Under the pieces are notes generated by a model. It had not been told where the DNA came from and did no database searches. It worked only from the letters and a program-made list of their open reading frames with translations. DNA of 64,000 bases from Eledone cirrhosa (taxonomy: Eukaryota): NCBI GenBank assembly GCA_964016885.1, contig OZ024740.1:353090001-353154000 (forward strand), written 5' to 3'. Below are positions 62,901-64,000 of this stretch, piece by piece. The position numbers and the translations under genes are program-made. Within the stretch, counting starts at the first letter, position 1. Each line of letters begins with the position of its first letter.

Positions 62901-64000
62901 TGTGTTTTTTTTTCTTTTTTTATTTGTAATATTATTTATACAATAGGAAATAAAATAGATCTACATAGTGTTAACTCGTTACGGTTGAGTCAATAATTTC
63001 AGACAGGAAATACATTGTTATCAGTGAAGGAAAGACAAGATTCTAACTGGCTGCGATTGAAGTGTCCTTGACCCAGTTGACTGTGGGTTTTTCCATTGTT
63101 AGCATCTCAATTGCCGGTTAATGTCTAAACACGCCTGCACACCTGCTCACAGCTGCGGTCAGACCATAGTTATGCTGTCTGTATGCTCATTCAAATGCAT
63201 TCACACTGGCTGTCTCAAAGACATACAAATATGGCTTATAAAACTTACCAAAGTAAAGAGCCTTCCAGTGCACTCCAAAGCTCCAAACGCCCCCCTAATG
63301 CTCCCTTGCTCCCAAACGCCCCCCTGATTTTCGAAACGCCCCCTGGGGGTGCATATGCCTCCCGTTGAGAACCTTTACTTTAACTCCCTTAAATAGACTG
63401 ACAGAAGTGGAAATAACAGACATTAACAGCTCAGATTCCCTATCAGAGATAAATGACTGCTCAAAATCACACACCACACTTTCATCTATGACCACAGCTA
63501 CATCTATCATAGTTTCTCCTATAGGAGCTCATAGCAATTGACGGCCATGGCCACTTGTTTTCCCAGTCATAGCGGTTGCCACAGAAGGGATAAACCTGTA
63601 TTTTCTATAAATTATTAAGAATTGCTCGTAAGATGTGGATTTGTTTGGTACGTATCGTCCATGTATTCGTCATGGCAGTTTTGAAGCCATGGTAGATTCT
63701 CGTTCGTGCTAAATATAGCAATACTCAAGTTATCTCCAAATGTAACAGGAACTTTTCTTCTTACCTTATATTGACCTATCTCCATCGATTCTCACATCGG
63801 TACGTACTTTTAGGTACTAATAAGACGGGAAGGGAAAATGCTCTCGTCATTGTATTAGTGTGTGCACACTATGAAATTTTTAAAGTTTTTCTGTCACCTT
63901 CTCTTCGATGTCTCCCCGTGTCTATTATATATTATATTATGCAGCTACGTACGGCTTCCTTAGTATCGACGTCTTCACCATATGATGGCGTCATTCGAGA

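Larger units (their letters stand above)
60936..63377 (-). mobile_element. Internally deleted hAT DNA transposon (Buster/Charlie type), 2,442 bp
   Basis: TIRs cacaggttctcaac / gttgagaaccttta; perfect 8-bp TSD ctttaact (60928-60935 and 63378-63385); subterminal aaacgcccc repeats at both ends; transposase remnant inside. Confidence 0.9.

Noticed and set aside
63378-63545. Possible upstream exon of the giant gene or another gene near the right end
   Set aside because: Short open frames exist on both strands, but there is no module similarity or convincing splice pair, and the gap at 58655 breaks continuity with the gene.

Overview
AT-rich eukaryotic genomic DNA, probably from an invertebrate animal (inferred from spliceosomal introns, Penelope-like and hAT elements, and dense TA/CA microsatellites). 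Bases 1 to ~44,000 are an indel-free tandem array of 25 near-identical 1,752-bp units. The short minus-strand ORFs in the ORF track are better read as exons than as separate small genes. Each unit has four GT-AG-bounded, phase-1/phase-1 exons (A 177 nt; B, C and D 174 nt each), each encoding one 58-59 aa predicted three-helix module. A diverged copy of the same A-B-C-D cassette, with longer introns, lies at 45.7-48.5 kb; two of its exons are missing from the ORF track. Spliced together, the 104 complete exons give one open frame of at least 6,057 aa that runs off the left edge; the start codon is not visible. I do not recognise this gene. The rest (48.5-64 kb) is a TE- and microsatellite-rich region, probably intronic. 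It holds two Naiad-like Penelope retroelement remnants (one bracketed by ~795-bp inverted repeats), a Penelope/Poseidon-type RT fragment next to a 200-N gap, a Tc1/mariner-type MITE, a hAT MITE and a decayed Buster/Charlie-type hAT transposon.
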